Positions 1 to 12,764 of a DNA stretch of 60,358 nt are shown here, piece by piece. The translations under genes and the position numbers were made by a program. How positions within the stretch are numbered: position 1 is the stretch's first letter; each line of letters opens with the position of its first letter. Below the pieces are notes generated by a model. It saw only the letters and a list, made by a program, of their open reading frames with translations, searched no databases and had not been told where the DNA came from. Location: assembly GCA_000697335.1 (NCBI GenBank), contig JNEM01012943.1:1-60358 (forward strand), written 5' to 3'. Source of the DNA: Conidiobolus incongruus B7586. Taxonomy: Eukaryota.

Positions 1-348
1 TTAACTTTGTATATATTTATTTATTTCAAACTAATAATATGTTTGAAAAATCAAAAATTAAAAAATTTCACATTATTTCAAATTCAAGGTAATAAATATT
101 TAAATATATTATAATTTCAAAATTTTAAAGTTGAGTAAATATTTATTTTTAAAACTCTATTAATATAACTTTGAAAAAAATTGATTATTAGACTATAGTT
201 AAAATGTAAATAATTTTACATTGTTTACTTTAATAATAAAATATCAGTTTAATGAATAGTATAATGTAGTTAATATTTAATTTATTCAATAAAAATATAT
301 GATTTAGAGAAAAATGAAATTCAAAATCAATGGTGAAGCAATATTAGA

Positions 349-419
349 TGCAGTGGTGGGGGATCAAACCCTGGTCCACTGTGTGGCAGGTGGTAATTAT
401 ACCACTAAACCACCATTGC
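349..419 (-). pseudogene. tRNA-Gly(GCC) pseudogene, copy 1
   Basis: Reverse complement GCAATGG TG GTTTAGTGGTATAAT T ACCAC CTGCCAC ACAGT GGAC CAGGG TTTGATC CCCCA CCACTGC A has the 71-nt tRNA-Gly layout with a GCC anticodon. The anticodon and T stems are broken and the T-loop reads TTTGA instead of TTCGA. Confidence 0.85.
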
Positions 420-449
420 TTATATTTATTGTGAGAATTGCTATATTAT

Positions 450-986
450 TGACACCTTCTCTCCCTCATACATCACTACCAAAACCCCGAGATTTCCCAA
501 CTTCCACATGCTCCAAGAACCAAATGTGTTCCTATAATCATGTTTCTAATCTATCATGACCTACTTATACCAATATTTCTCCATCAATTCTACAGCGACC
601 TCTCTCGACTCTATTCTACAAATAAATCATATTTTTCTACTCTAAAAACCCCGTTTTTCCGAGCGCACTCAAAGAGCCACATATAGCTTATTTGAGATCT
701 ACCCCACTAATCGTTCTACATCCATTCCCACTGATATTCTGTGACCTGCTGCCTTAGCATGTCAACCCCTCATACTACCACTGTTGCTGCTGATCTAGTC
801 TCCCTCTTTAATGTCCCATTCAATGCTAATCATGGACGGATGGCCAGAGAATTCATCAATAACCTACCTCAGTTTGTAGGCACAATGCTCCACAATTTAG
901 CCTACACCATGGTTGTGTCAGTATCATCGATGACGCTCAAAGAGCTAATAACCGCGACATTTCTGTCATACATAAAACTTTTGTAA
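450..986 (+). mobile_element. Retroelement-like fragment (LTR-like C-rich segment plus short, possibly gag-like ORF 759-986)
   Basis: Sharp GC-richer island in very AT-rich DNA. It starts TGACAC at 450, has AATAAA at 621 and GTGTCA at 915-920. The ORF contains PFNANHGRMAREFINNL, loosely like a Gag N-terminus. No clean TSD or PBS is visible, so boundaries are uncertain. Confidence 0.45.
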
Positions 987-1375
987 AATATTATTGATTT
1001 TATTCTGATCATTCCATTTTATTTAAACTATGTAAAATTTTCCCTTTTTTACATCAATTAAACATAATTTTCGCTCATTTCACTCCCGTTTACGCTCGTT
1101 TCTATATTTTGCTTATTTAATTTAAATAATATTGATCTAACTATTTCTATTCAAAGTTTATCTTTTGATTCATTACCTTATTAGCATTATAAATTTGTTT
1201 TTGGTTTTTAAATATTGTATTTGATAAAGGAATTTATCAAACTTTCTTGATTTCTATATATAAATTTATTGAATTTATAATTTATCATATTGACTTAGAT
1301 TTATCTTATTATCTGGATTTTAATTTAATATTCTTTTCAAGCTGATTTTGTAATGTATTTAAACCCATTTTAACT

Positions 1376-1565
1376 AATAACAATGTTGTGTTTTATAATA
1401 GGTTTTGTAAACAAAGATAGTTGTTAGAAAAGTACTCTTAATACAATTTAGTAAATTATTTATTAATAAGCTTATTTTAATAGTTGATTCAGTGAATAAT
1501 ATATCTAACAAATAGTATTGCCTTAACTATCAAATAGAGATGGACGGGTAATTTTGAAATGCAAC
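1376..1565 (-). repeat. Dispersed repeat copy A (shared with 56286-56638), probably a decayed non-LTR retrotransposon 3' fragment
   Basis: GTTGTTAGAAAAGTACTC(T/A)TAATACAATTTAGTAAATTATTTAT and CTTAACTATCAAAT occur in the same order here and at ~56.3-56.6 kb. Confidence 0.75.
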
Positions 1566-2330
1566 AACAATAATAATAATAAATATTGATTTATTATAAT
1601 ATGCTATTTATTTGAGTAATTCTAAGTAAGGTGTTCCCATTTAATAACAAATTTATAATTTGATTCTATCATTTAAAAATCTATTATTATTTTCTTTAAA
1701 TAAATAAGTATTATATATAAAAATAAATGTCTTAACTATATATCAATCTAATAACTTGTATAATTACTTGTTTTATATTACAAGCCAAAAGATCAATTAA
1801 TCAACCCTATATTATAATTTATTCAAGTTCAAAAAACAATAACTTACCAAAAATCACTTAGATTCAAGTTATAACTATATAGATATACAATTCTTTATTC
1901 TAACTTGATAAAAAAAATTCAAATATGATTAACTATTACCAGAATTTTTAAATTTATTTTCAAATTCATTATATAGTATTATTTTTTCTAAAACATTTAT
2001 TATTACAAATAAAATTTAGTTTAAATTGTTAATTGAGATAGATACACTAATAATATCGAATAATCGCTGATATATTTTAATATTTAATTATTTTTATAGT
2101 TTTATAAAAAAAATATTGAAGAACTTTTGATGGTTGATATGATAATACAAAAATAAAACTTTTATATTAATAAGATTTAATAATTTTAAAATATTTATTT
2201 CAATCATTTTGGAATATGATTTAAATTAATTAAAGTAACTGAAGATTCTAAATATATTATAACAATTATCTTTCAAAGCTTATATCATATTAATATTAAT
2301 AACAAATTTTTAATTAAATAAATACCACAT

Positions 2331-5300
2331 TTAAGTAAAAATATCTAAGGAATCGTCCATTTCGAACACGTTCTTGCTGAAGTATTCGCCGATGAGTTCG
2401 AAGCGGTTATGGGGATGAGTGTGCTCCAAGCGTTGGATGAAAGTGTTATGGTCCATGGACTCCTGGCGGAGACTCTTGTACATGTCTTGGACCACTTGGT
2501 GCGAGCGCGAGCATGCGGGACATTGGCTTGTGTTCTCGCCGAGACATCTGGAAAATGATTAGTTGGAATTTAATGGTTTAATGAATTATAATTACCTTTG
2601 ATGGTAGCTGTGTAAGCATAGGAAGTGAACAACTGGGAGCTGTAACACTTGGTTGCATCCTGTGCATTTGGTGTGTTGAAATACTTTGCCCTGATTTAGC
2701 AATGTTTTCAATTCTTCGCGTTTGCCTTTAGTCTCTTGACTGTACTCTTTAATCACATCAATTTCTTCATTCAATTTGGTTTGCTCCTTTTGGACCCAGC
2801 GCTCCAAGTATGCTTTAACACTGCCAATGGTAGCGACCGAGTTTTTACTTAACGCTTGAACGACTTGTAGTGGCATGAGTAAGTTCTGGTCCTCCACAAG
2901 TGTCAAAACACGACGGAATTCCATGGGATGAGCGAGTAGGGTTTGAGGCGATGATGCAAAATAAGTGAGACCCAATTCGTACAGAGCAGAGTCTTTAGGT
3001 CCGTATTTATATAGGGCGGAAATTACTTCATCCACACGGTCCAATTTGCACCAATAGTTCAATATCTCGGAATACATTCCCAATTTGTCGTAGAGAAATA
3101 CGATACCTTGGTCGAATTGAGTCGTTTTGCATAGGATAAGTGCTTGATTGGGGTCGTAAGGAATGGTAGTGTCTTTCATCAAATTTAAGGCCTTCTGTCT
3201 CAAATGGTCAATCAATTGAGATGGATCATCCTGAGGTGGGATTGAATTTGGAGAGTGAGTCAAGTACAACTCTAACAATTGATCAAATAAGGGCTGGTAC
3301 TTCTTATCGAGAACCTTATCTTTAGAATTCACTTGAATGGATTGGTTAATACTGTTAGTATCAAATTTCTTTTCAAATACAACAGAAATATACTGATCCA
3401 AAAAATCCATCAGTAGGGTGGGATGATCAATAAACATACTCGTAAAATTCAAAGGATTTGGCGATAGACGAGGAGTTTGCGATGGCGAAACTGGCGATGT
3501 GGGTGGACTAGGTAATAGATGGGAAGCTGTACAAACTCTGATCAACATATCGAGGGTATTTTCACCACACTCTTTAAGCCAAATTCTACCGAAAATTTCG
3601 AGGTATTGGTGAATTTCCTCAAGATCTAGCTTTTCTAAATAGTTTAGCCCTCTTTCGTATTCTTTAATGTCTTCCATCACAATTTTGAGATAGTACTTGT
3701 GAAGTTGGTGCTGTTCGGCTAAGTAGAGTGCTTGATCGAAATATTGAGCAGATTGGAGTACTTGAATGGCTGTTGTCAAGTCGAATTGGTATTGGTTTTC
3801 AGGGTTTTGAATGAATTGAGTGAGTTTGGCAGGATCCTTGAATTTTGTATAGCAATTAATTAATAAAGTTGTATGATCAGGATTAGCCAAATGCAAATCC
3901 GATTGATGTAAAGCTTCCAAATATTGAGTTAAAGAGTGAAGTCTTTGAGCATCCAAAAACTATTTTCATAATTAATAAACGCAATATTTTATAACAATAT
4001 CATATATACCTTTCTAATAACATAACTAGGCTCTAACCAACCTACAGTATTTAGGTATTGAACCATAGCATTATCGAACTCGCCTTTATTATACAAATAA
4101 TCACCGTACTTTCTATAAATTTCCGCAAGTTGACTACTCCCGACAGCATTGATATTGGTATCGGCTGCTGGTGTTTGACTCATATTTAAAGCTAAGGGAT
4201 AGAGGTCCTGATTTAACAAGATATCAATTTTAGATTGGGGTTCTTTTTCTTCCAAACGATATAGTTGAAAATCTTTGGTAAGGACAAAATAGCCGTTGAA
4301 TTCGTAGACTAAATTGTAGAGTCCTTGAGGGAAATTTTGAGTGTGGGCAATTAGTTTGTTGCGGAGGTCGTAAATATCTAATCGTTGGGATGGATTATTG
4401 GAACTGGATGATACGATAATTAAGTGAGAACCAAGATATTTGACAGATTCTTTGGTGCCTAAATGAATTGTTTAGTATATTCGATTAAATATATTAGAAT
4501 TTGGCGCACCTTCATAAGCAAGGCAAGGCCCCCTACCATCAGGTCCATAAAAGTAAATGGCCTAAAAATATCAAAATATTAGTTTGACCATATAAAATAT
4601 ATCTTAAAACTTACGTCATCTCTTCCAACAACTAAACCACGATGAAAAGAACTATTAATAATGATAGAGCAGTTTACTTTAGCACCCAAGTGATCTAATC
4701 TAACCTTATCATCCAATTTATTACTATTCAAATTCAAAGCATGAATCTCCCTCGTCGTAACAATATATAAAAAATCTTCTACGATATCCTGGTTAGGATC
4801 CTCAGTATTTTGGAATTCCAATCCAGTAATGGATTCAGAGCACTGATGAACAACTTTCGGCTTGATAAATCTATCTTTGATAATATTGCCATGAAATAAG
4901 ATCACTTGGCCGTCTTTGAACCCAACTGCGCAGGTTGATTTTTTACTGGAAATGGCTAACGATGTGACTTGAGACATGCTTTGTCCCAACTTGTAAGTCT
5001 TGATACATGTGGGGGGAGGTGTGTTCGTTTGCTTCCTATGAATAAAAGGATATTGGTACAGGTGGTAAACTTTGTGAAGGTCCCAAATCTTCAACACGGG
5101 ATTGGCTTCATCAGGTTTTTCCTAATTATTAATATTTAAGTATAGCAGTCAATATGTAAAAATTTAGATTACACCAATAGTAATAAGATAAGGATGTTCG
5201 TCAGGCGCTAAAAAATATTTAGCAAAAGTGAGTATTGATCCATCCTCGTAACAGTTAAATGTTTGACTGTTTAACTTCGTATCAAGAAGGTGGACATCGC

Positions 5301-5480
5301 CATGTTTGTCCCCCAATATGAGATGACCGTATTCTGAAGAGTTGAAGCAGATAGGATCTTCCTAATTCTTTATTAATGAAAAATTATTGAAATTTGGTTA
5401 AATAATACTTTAAACAAAGCAGGTGGGTTCATAACCAGTTCGGATTGAAAGAAGTTGAATTGTCTCATTTGATACCCCAT
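2331..5480 (-). CDS. VPS11: Vacuolar protein sorting 11 (HOPS/CORVET core subunit), multi-exon
   Basis: N-terminus MGYQMRQFNFF, beta-propeller exons (LKIWDL), YGDYLY..KG.FD.AM.QY, LDAQRLH.LT.YLEALH, C-terminal RING (CTGC..LQLPVVHFLCLHSYHQRCL..CPAC) and a Vps11_C-like tail. Exons join via GT-AG introns; stop TAA at 2331-2333. Confidence 0.95.
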
Positions 5481-6020
5481 ATTAAATATATCTTATTGTT
5501 TATTATACAAAAATTATATATTGATATTAATATTTTTTTTAAATATTAATTTATATACAATGGATATTATAAACAATGATGACTTGGTTATTTGACTTTA
5601 TTGAAAATTTCACTAATGATGTAATAATGGGATATATTGAAATGTGATATTTGATTTTGAGTCGAAGAATATAATGTATATAAAATAATGTGAATCTTGA
5701 TATTAAAATTAAATATAAATATTATTATTCAATGATAACTGTAACTTCTTATCTATGATTTTAATACTAGAATAAACTCAGTTGTTTTATTAAACATACA
5801 TTTAAATTAAGTTATCAAAATATAATTTAAATAAATCCAAATAGCTATTTTGATTTTAAATTTTGCAAAAAATACTGTGAAAAATATGATTTATAATAGT
5901 TATAACAAAATAAATTTATAAAAATATTAATAAACTAAGTGTAATCAGATAAATAAAACTAAAATAATCAATCTATTGAACTTTGGGTCAACGAAAGAAA
6001 CTTTAAATTATCTTTTATAA

Positions 6021-6091
6021 TACAGTGGTGAGGGATCAAACTCCGGTCTATTGCGTGGTAGCGGGTAATTATACCACCAAACCATCATTGC
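6021..6091 (-). pseudogene. tRNA-Gly-derived pseudogene, copy 2 (anticodon now ACC)
   Basis: 71-nt colinear match to 349-419 (GCAATGATGGTTTGGTGGTATAATTACCCGCTACCACGCAATAGACCGGAGTTTGATCCCTCACCACTGTA). Stems are disrupted mostly by G>A/C>T changes. Confidence 0.8.
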
Positions 6092-6863
6092 TTAATTATA
6101 AAGGGTTGCCATTCATTATAATAATATTTACTTCAAGTTTTATCAATTGAAATTCAAAATTCAATTGATTTTTAACTATTCCTCAAATCAAAGATATTCA
6201 CTATAACAATATCATTAATACTTTAAAATTATTAAATATTATTCCTGAATCAAGTTATAACTTTAATTTCTTTTATAATATTAATTTACATATTATGATA
6301 ATTTATAATATTAAAATTTTTTAAATTTATTTTTTAAAATACATGTTTAATTAAAAATTGTGTTAAAACTAATTAATAATAAAAAAATAAATTTTTAAAA
6401 ATAATTTTGTTTAAAAAATGATACATTTAATTAATAATAGAATATTTAAATAATCTGATTATTAATAATACCCAAGATTTTATTTTGGACTCTGTAATAT
6501 ATAAAAGATTTTTGATATTTTTATAATTAAAAAATATTATCAAAAAATAAATAGCAGTATTTATTAATTCAACCATTATGGAATTAATGTATAATTATGT
6601 TTAATTGCAAAGAAACATTGTCATTGATAGGTTTAAAGTTTTAATAAATTATTTTATATAGCGTAGATATGTTCAAATAAGTAACTATTTAGATAACAGT
6701 ATTAGATGTATTGAACATAATATTAACTCGAATAATAATACTTGGAAACTGTTTAAAGATTAATTGTATTAAATTCTGTGGCATTTTTATTCTCAATAGG
6801 TAGGAAAAAAATGGGAAAAATAATCGATAATAGACGCTGTTTTTGAATTGTTTAATATATCAT

Positions 6864-8337
6864 CTAAAAATAGTATCCAAATCGTCTCTTTTTAAGAATA
6901 AATAGAGTAATGGTAGTTAAAATACAAAGAATACCAGTCACAACGAATGCTGAGCTGTAGCATTGAACACCTTGTTTGCATGAAGCACCATTGGAACTGG
7001 CTTCGACGTGGGAATCGTAGATCAAGCCAAATAGAAAACCGGTGATTTGAGCACCCCCGGCAGGTCCCTAGTTAAATCAATGATTAAATAACATGTGACT
7101 ATCAAAATATAATATAAAACTTACCAAATTCATCCAACCCCAATTGGAACCGAATCGTCTGCTACCGAACCAATCGGAAACCATGGTGGGGGCGACTGCA
7201 AACATCGTACCATAAGCAAAACCGGTTAAAGCCGAATTCATCGTCATTTTCCAGGTAGTTGACGTCCAACTGTTTAAAAATTGGCAACAAGCCATCAGTA
7301 TTGACGAGAATATGAAAAAGTTGATTCTTCGAATTTCCCATTTTCTCAGTAGGAGATCGGATGTCATCGCGACGAAGAGACGTCCCAAACAATTCAAAAT
7401 ACTGATGGTGGAGACGTTCAAACTTTGCAAATGGGGCAAACTGGGCACTGGATCAAGTTTATGCAAGGTATGGATAATGTAGCCAATATTGTTAATGTAC
7501 ATCAAACCAGAGCCTGCAACGCTCAAGACGCAGAAGAAAAGTAATCGAGCGTCCCAATTATTGAAAAATTCCCATCCATGGATATCCACCTCGCAGGCAG
7601 TAGTCACTTCCATGTGATCAATAGATTCATGAATATCAGGCAGAGGCGTATAATCAATTTTAACTAATAAGAGACTACCAATGAAAGTGAAGAGAAAGTT
7701 AGAAAATGCTAAAAATGTCAGAAATCCACCGGTGTTAGCCTCATCCCCATGGACGAAGAATAAAGTGTGGACGGAAGAAAACATAAATGCCGAAATGCCG
7801 AAAAATGCAATAGGGATACCTATTCCGAACCCCCTGCTCTCTTTGAAGTTATGACCCTAAAACCACGTTAATTTGAATATTTTTTATTTGTAAAAATAAA
7901 CTTACAGCAACAGTTATACCACACATATAACTACAACCACAACCCAAACCCACTATAAAATAATAGAAAGCGAGTACCAGATAGTGAGACGAACTAAAAA
8001 AGCCATTATAAGATAAAGCTAATCTCAAAAACCCCGTAAGAAAAGCAAAAGGAGCAAATAATCCAATTCTAAATACAAATTAATTATGAATATCCAACAA
8101 ATAGTAAAATATTTACTTTCTGGGTCCATATTTGTCTGCCCAATAACCGAATAGAGGAGAACTTAAGTATACGCCCATATTACCGCACAGTGCGATAGTA
8201 TTCCCCTGAGTAGAACTATAACCAAACTGTTGTTTGAGTTGGGGACCGTAGAGCGAGAATACATAAACAACACCCGCACTCAGAGAGCATAGACAAGATC
8301 CTAACAATGAAGCATTTTTTGTTGATATATTTATCAT
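6864..8337 (-). CDS. MFS transporter, MCH1/nodulin-like family, multi-exon
   Basis: YVFSLYGPQLK..FGYSSTQ, G..ADKYGPR, GSGLMYINNIG, SILNCLGRL..SD, P..VS.WFG..RFGSNWG motifs; many hydrophobic segments; GT-AG introns; TAG at 6864-6866. Confidence 0.88.
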
Positions 8338-9166
8338 ATCTTTTACAAATTTTTAAATTTAAATTTAAATTTCAAATTGTAATTTATAAATTATATAATA
8401 TATATATATATATATATATTTCTGAAATTTTTGAGAAAGAATAAATTTAAAATTAGAATTAATTAGCTATTTATTCTTTTTATTTTGTTTAAACAAAATT
8501 TTTAATAAATTTAAACTTTTATAGTAATAATTAAGATTAATAAAAATTTTTAGAATAATTTAATAATGGATTAATTAATCTATGGGATAACTTATATATT
8601 ACTCTTAATATGAGTGGATAAAAAAATTATCCTATTTATAGTGTTAGTTGATGATGTTTAAATCACGTGTAATTGGACTCTAATAAAATTTGTGACTCGT
8701 GATTTTCTCTTAATCATCTATTACAACTATTATAACTTGAGAAAAAGTTTTTGATAATATTACTAGATCATTTAAAAATTTCAATATATTAATGATTACT
8801 CTAAATTTAAACTCTTTTTATTATATTATTTAATATTTTAAATTAATTAAAATTTTTTATGAGGCTTAATATGAAAATATTGAAATAATATAATTAATTG
8901 TAACATGATCACTAATTTAACTCAGCGTGGCTTTAATAAATTGATTTTTTTATCGGTTAATTATATGATTATCAATGTTTTTTGAATCCATTTAAATTCT
9001 TTATTATGAATTAGAATAGTATTTTCCCTTAATTAATCAATATTCCTATTATAAAATTGATAAAAATAGATAAAAATTTGGTAAATAAGTCATATATATA
9101 CAGTTTATATAATGATCTATATGTATAGTTATATAAATGAATGAAGGAATGCTAAATACTTTGAGA

Positions 9167-9799
9167 TTAATTTTTCAAAGGATGCTTAGTAATAGGTAGA
9201 ATAAAATCATCGTTGAGGGGATGACCCTGTATCATGGAGAATCGGAATGGATTCTTTTTGCTGATTGTATCATGATATGTTGGAGGAGGCTTACTCAATG
9301 GACTGTGTATTAAACTAATATCGTCATCGTAATCATTGGTCACTAATTGACGACGATAGATGGTATTAGTGGAGAATTTATCTTGAATATTCTTTTTTGA
9401 TAAGAACAAAACGTAAAATACCTATAATAAAATATGAATTAAGTGAAAATCAAAATGATTTGATGAAAATCTCACAGCTACTTCAACCACTATAATAATC
9501 CAGCCCACGGTCAAAAAAATGAGCAAACCCTTCAATTTCAGCTTCAATACTATCATTGCAATTGCAACAGCAGTCATAATTAGCAACTCGATCCAAATCA
9601 CTATAAACATAATCACGAGCATTCGAGACCTCTTCTTCAATTTTGGTTTCGGAGTCTCCCTAGCTGCTGCATAATAGTTGGGCAGAGACATGACAGAAAA
9701 CTGATCCGGAATCAAATATACATTATTCTTCTCCAATTCATCTGCTAACCTCTCCTTACTAGACTTCTTATTATGAAAGAAATTGATATAACTATTCAT
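9167..9799 (-). CDS. Small two-TM membrane protein with LPxY and PPxY motifs (one intron ~9422-9475)
   Basis: The two listed ORFs join via GCT|gtgaga...ttatag|GTA into one frame with two hydrophobic helices, LPNY before them and PPPTY after. No family recognised. Confidence 0.7.
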
Positions 9800-11910
9800 A
9801 CTTCATACCCATTCTAAAAAACTGTTATGATTTACATACTCTCACTATATTTATATTATAAATTAATAAAATTTTGAAACTTTGAATTTAATATTATAAA
9901 AAACTTTAAAATTTTTAATTCGTTACAAAATTTTAAATTAAGTATTCCTAAACTTGTTTATTTTTTTTCTCTCAATTTAGTTATTATAATTGAAATTATT
10001 TTTATATTATTTAAATATTTTTTTATCATTTTTATAAGCTTAATTTCTATCTTATTATTTATTGGATAAAAATATTTATTATTATTCATCACAATAAATT
10101 TTTGCCCTAAAAATAAGAAATTGAAAATCACTAGCCAATAGAAATTACTAAATTCCAATATAAAATATCAGTTTGGGCAAAATTCCAATGTATACCCAAT
10201 AGTCATTTTCCATATATAATAAATATCCTCTATAATAGTATTTTTTTCAATAATTTTATTTTTCTCAATATAGTAAATCATTTGCCCTCAAAATCATAAT
10301 ATGTGATAGAAAAAATCTTTGATGTTATGATTATTAATATTAGTATTATTATATAATTCTAAATGCTTAAATTTTATCCAATAAAATTTTAAGTATTTGT
10401 TCAATAGTTAAATAAATTTAATTTAAAATTTATCATGCAATATAATATTAAATCGTAATTGTAAATAGTTTGAGTATAAAATTTTTTATTTTTATAAGTT
10501 TTATTAAACAAATTGCAATAATAATTATTAGTAATTATTAATAAAGCTGTTGTTATTAGATAGTTTAGAAATATAAAGCAATAGTTACAATAATTTTTCC
10601 AATTTATTCATTAAACCTAATATATAATATAAGTATTATCATAAAAGTAATATTTTTCATAATTTAATATATTAAATCTTTATATTCTTTTATTATTAAC
10701 GAGCCTGTAACCCTAAATATTTTAATATTATAGTGTCAATTTATTTTGGTTTTAATATTATTATATCAACATATTGGATTGGGATCAAACCATTATACCT
10801 ATTGAGAATAATACTATATTAACGAAATCATATCCTATATAATATGTTGTTATTATTAAATTAATAAGTGACTGGGACAATATCATATTCTTTATTTTTT
10901 AAATATAAATCAATTAAGTTTAAATATTAAGGAAACTATCAAGATTACTTTGATTGAAATTTTATAATTGAAAATCAATAAATTATATAGAATTTTATTA
11001 CAAAACATTGTAATTTTATTATATTCAATATATTTTTTATCAAAATTAATAAAACGTCAATTTGTAATTAATTTTGAATTCATACTTGTTCATTTTTAGT
11101 ATTGTAAAATTGAATGAATTATATTAAATATTTTATAAGTGATAATGATTCAAAAACTAAATAAATAGTTAATATCACAATCAATTATCAAGAATAATAA
11201 GTATGTCAATATAAATAATTTTATATTATACGATTTAAAGAAAAAATAATAGGATGGAGGTTACTCCAATTAAATACTTATGTATTTTAAAATATGTATA
11301 TTGATGAAAAATAAAAATTATATTTTATTTTTTTATAATGCACAATTCAGGGATTTAAAATTATATAATATAAAACTTTGAAATTCATTTAGTTTTTAAT
11401 AATCATGTAAAAATTTAAAAAAATTAATTTATTATATTCAAAGTACTCTTATAAATTAAAAAAAAACGTTTTTTAATTTTAAAATTTATTAAATAAATAT
11501 TACATCATATGAGATATTGGAATTAATATAAATTATTAATATATTATTAAAATGTATAAAAAAGATTTTTATATTAGTGAAAAACTTATAATTTTTAATA
11601 GTTATGTTTTTAATATTTTTTTTATAAAAATTATAATTCAAACAATATTGGATAAAATCCGAATTGAATTTAAAAAAAATTATTTTTCTTGGAATTATAC
11701 TTATTTAAATTTATCATATATAAATATATTCAATTTTGAATTCAAAATACCTAATCATTTGAAGAAATTATAATAAATCAGAAAATTCCTTTGATATGTA
11801 CTTGTTCAAGTAATTGAAATAGAATTGGTTTTGTTTCAATTTACTAACTAATGCGTCAAATTGAAATTACAATTCGAATCATTTGGCAAATGTTATATTA
11901 TGTAAGATTC

Positions 11911-12106
11911 TCTAATGCTGTCTCAGTGACTGCAGTATCGGAGTCAAAATGTATTCTGCAAGTCAGTGACTTAAACAATGACGCAAGTTCAAGACTAAAC
12001 ATGATTATAAAGTTTGTGAAATTTATCATGGAAATTCATTTAGTGCAAGATCGGATATCCATGTGTTGTTATTAAAATATCAATTAACTACCAAAAGCTT
12101 GTTACA
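11911..12106. mobile_element. Candidate short solo LTR
   Basis: GC-richer island bounded by TGTAA...TTACA and flanked on both sides by ATTA. A 4-bp TSD is weak evidence in AT-rich DNA. Confidence 0.35.
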
Positions 12107-12764
12107 ATTATTAAATAGTTGAAAATCCTTAACTCCATAGTTTACAGTTTTAGTATTGAGACCATTTCCATTTACTTTGAATCAACATATAATATCCTTT
12201 GGTTAGATACAAAAGGTATCAAATTGTCATATAATTTTATCTCAATTGAAAAATAATTAAATGATTCTATTTAAATAATATTATCAATAGTGGGTTGAAA
12301 TTCAGAAGAATATGATAGTATATAAGTCATTTTTCCTCTATTTTTATAAGTTCTAGATTAGGCTATTATGAACAATAGTGCTAGATAAATCCTTTAAAGT
12401 TGTACAGCTATGTATTATGATTGAAATTATATCTAATGACTTATCAATTAAATAATTAGAATCAAAACTCATTTTTCGACTAATACTCTAACTCAATGTT
12501 TAAAATTATTAAAAATTAACCTAAAAAAACATAATTATAATAATTGAATAAATTAATGAAATGAAATTGATAATAATAATTTTATTTTTAATTTTTTTCA
12601 ATTATATTGAAAATATAAGCAATAATATATATATATATATATAATTCTAAAAATAATATAAAATAATAATTTATTTAATAAAATAGATAACTTTAAGGGT
12701 AAAGAAAAGATTATCAAAAAATAATATTTTTGATACAAAACTTTGATAGATAAAATTCTATAAA

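Noticed and set aside
314..559. 81-aa ORF
   Set aside because: Runs across the antisense of the pseudo-tRNA and the start of the TE-like island; no protein-like features.
10771..10850. GGGATCAAACC resembling a decayed tRNA T-arm
   Set aside because: No convincing D arm, anticodon stem or acceptor pairing.
9958..11773. Short K/I/N/F-rich ORFs (9958-10158, 11552-11773; likewise 57498-57695)
   Set aside because: Composition expected from chance ORFs in very AT-rich DNA.
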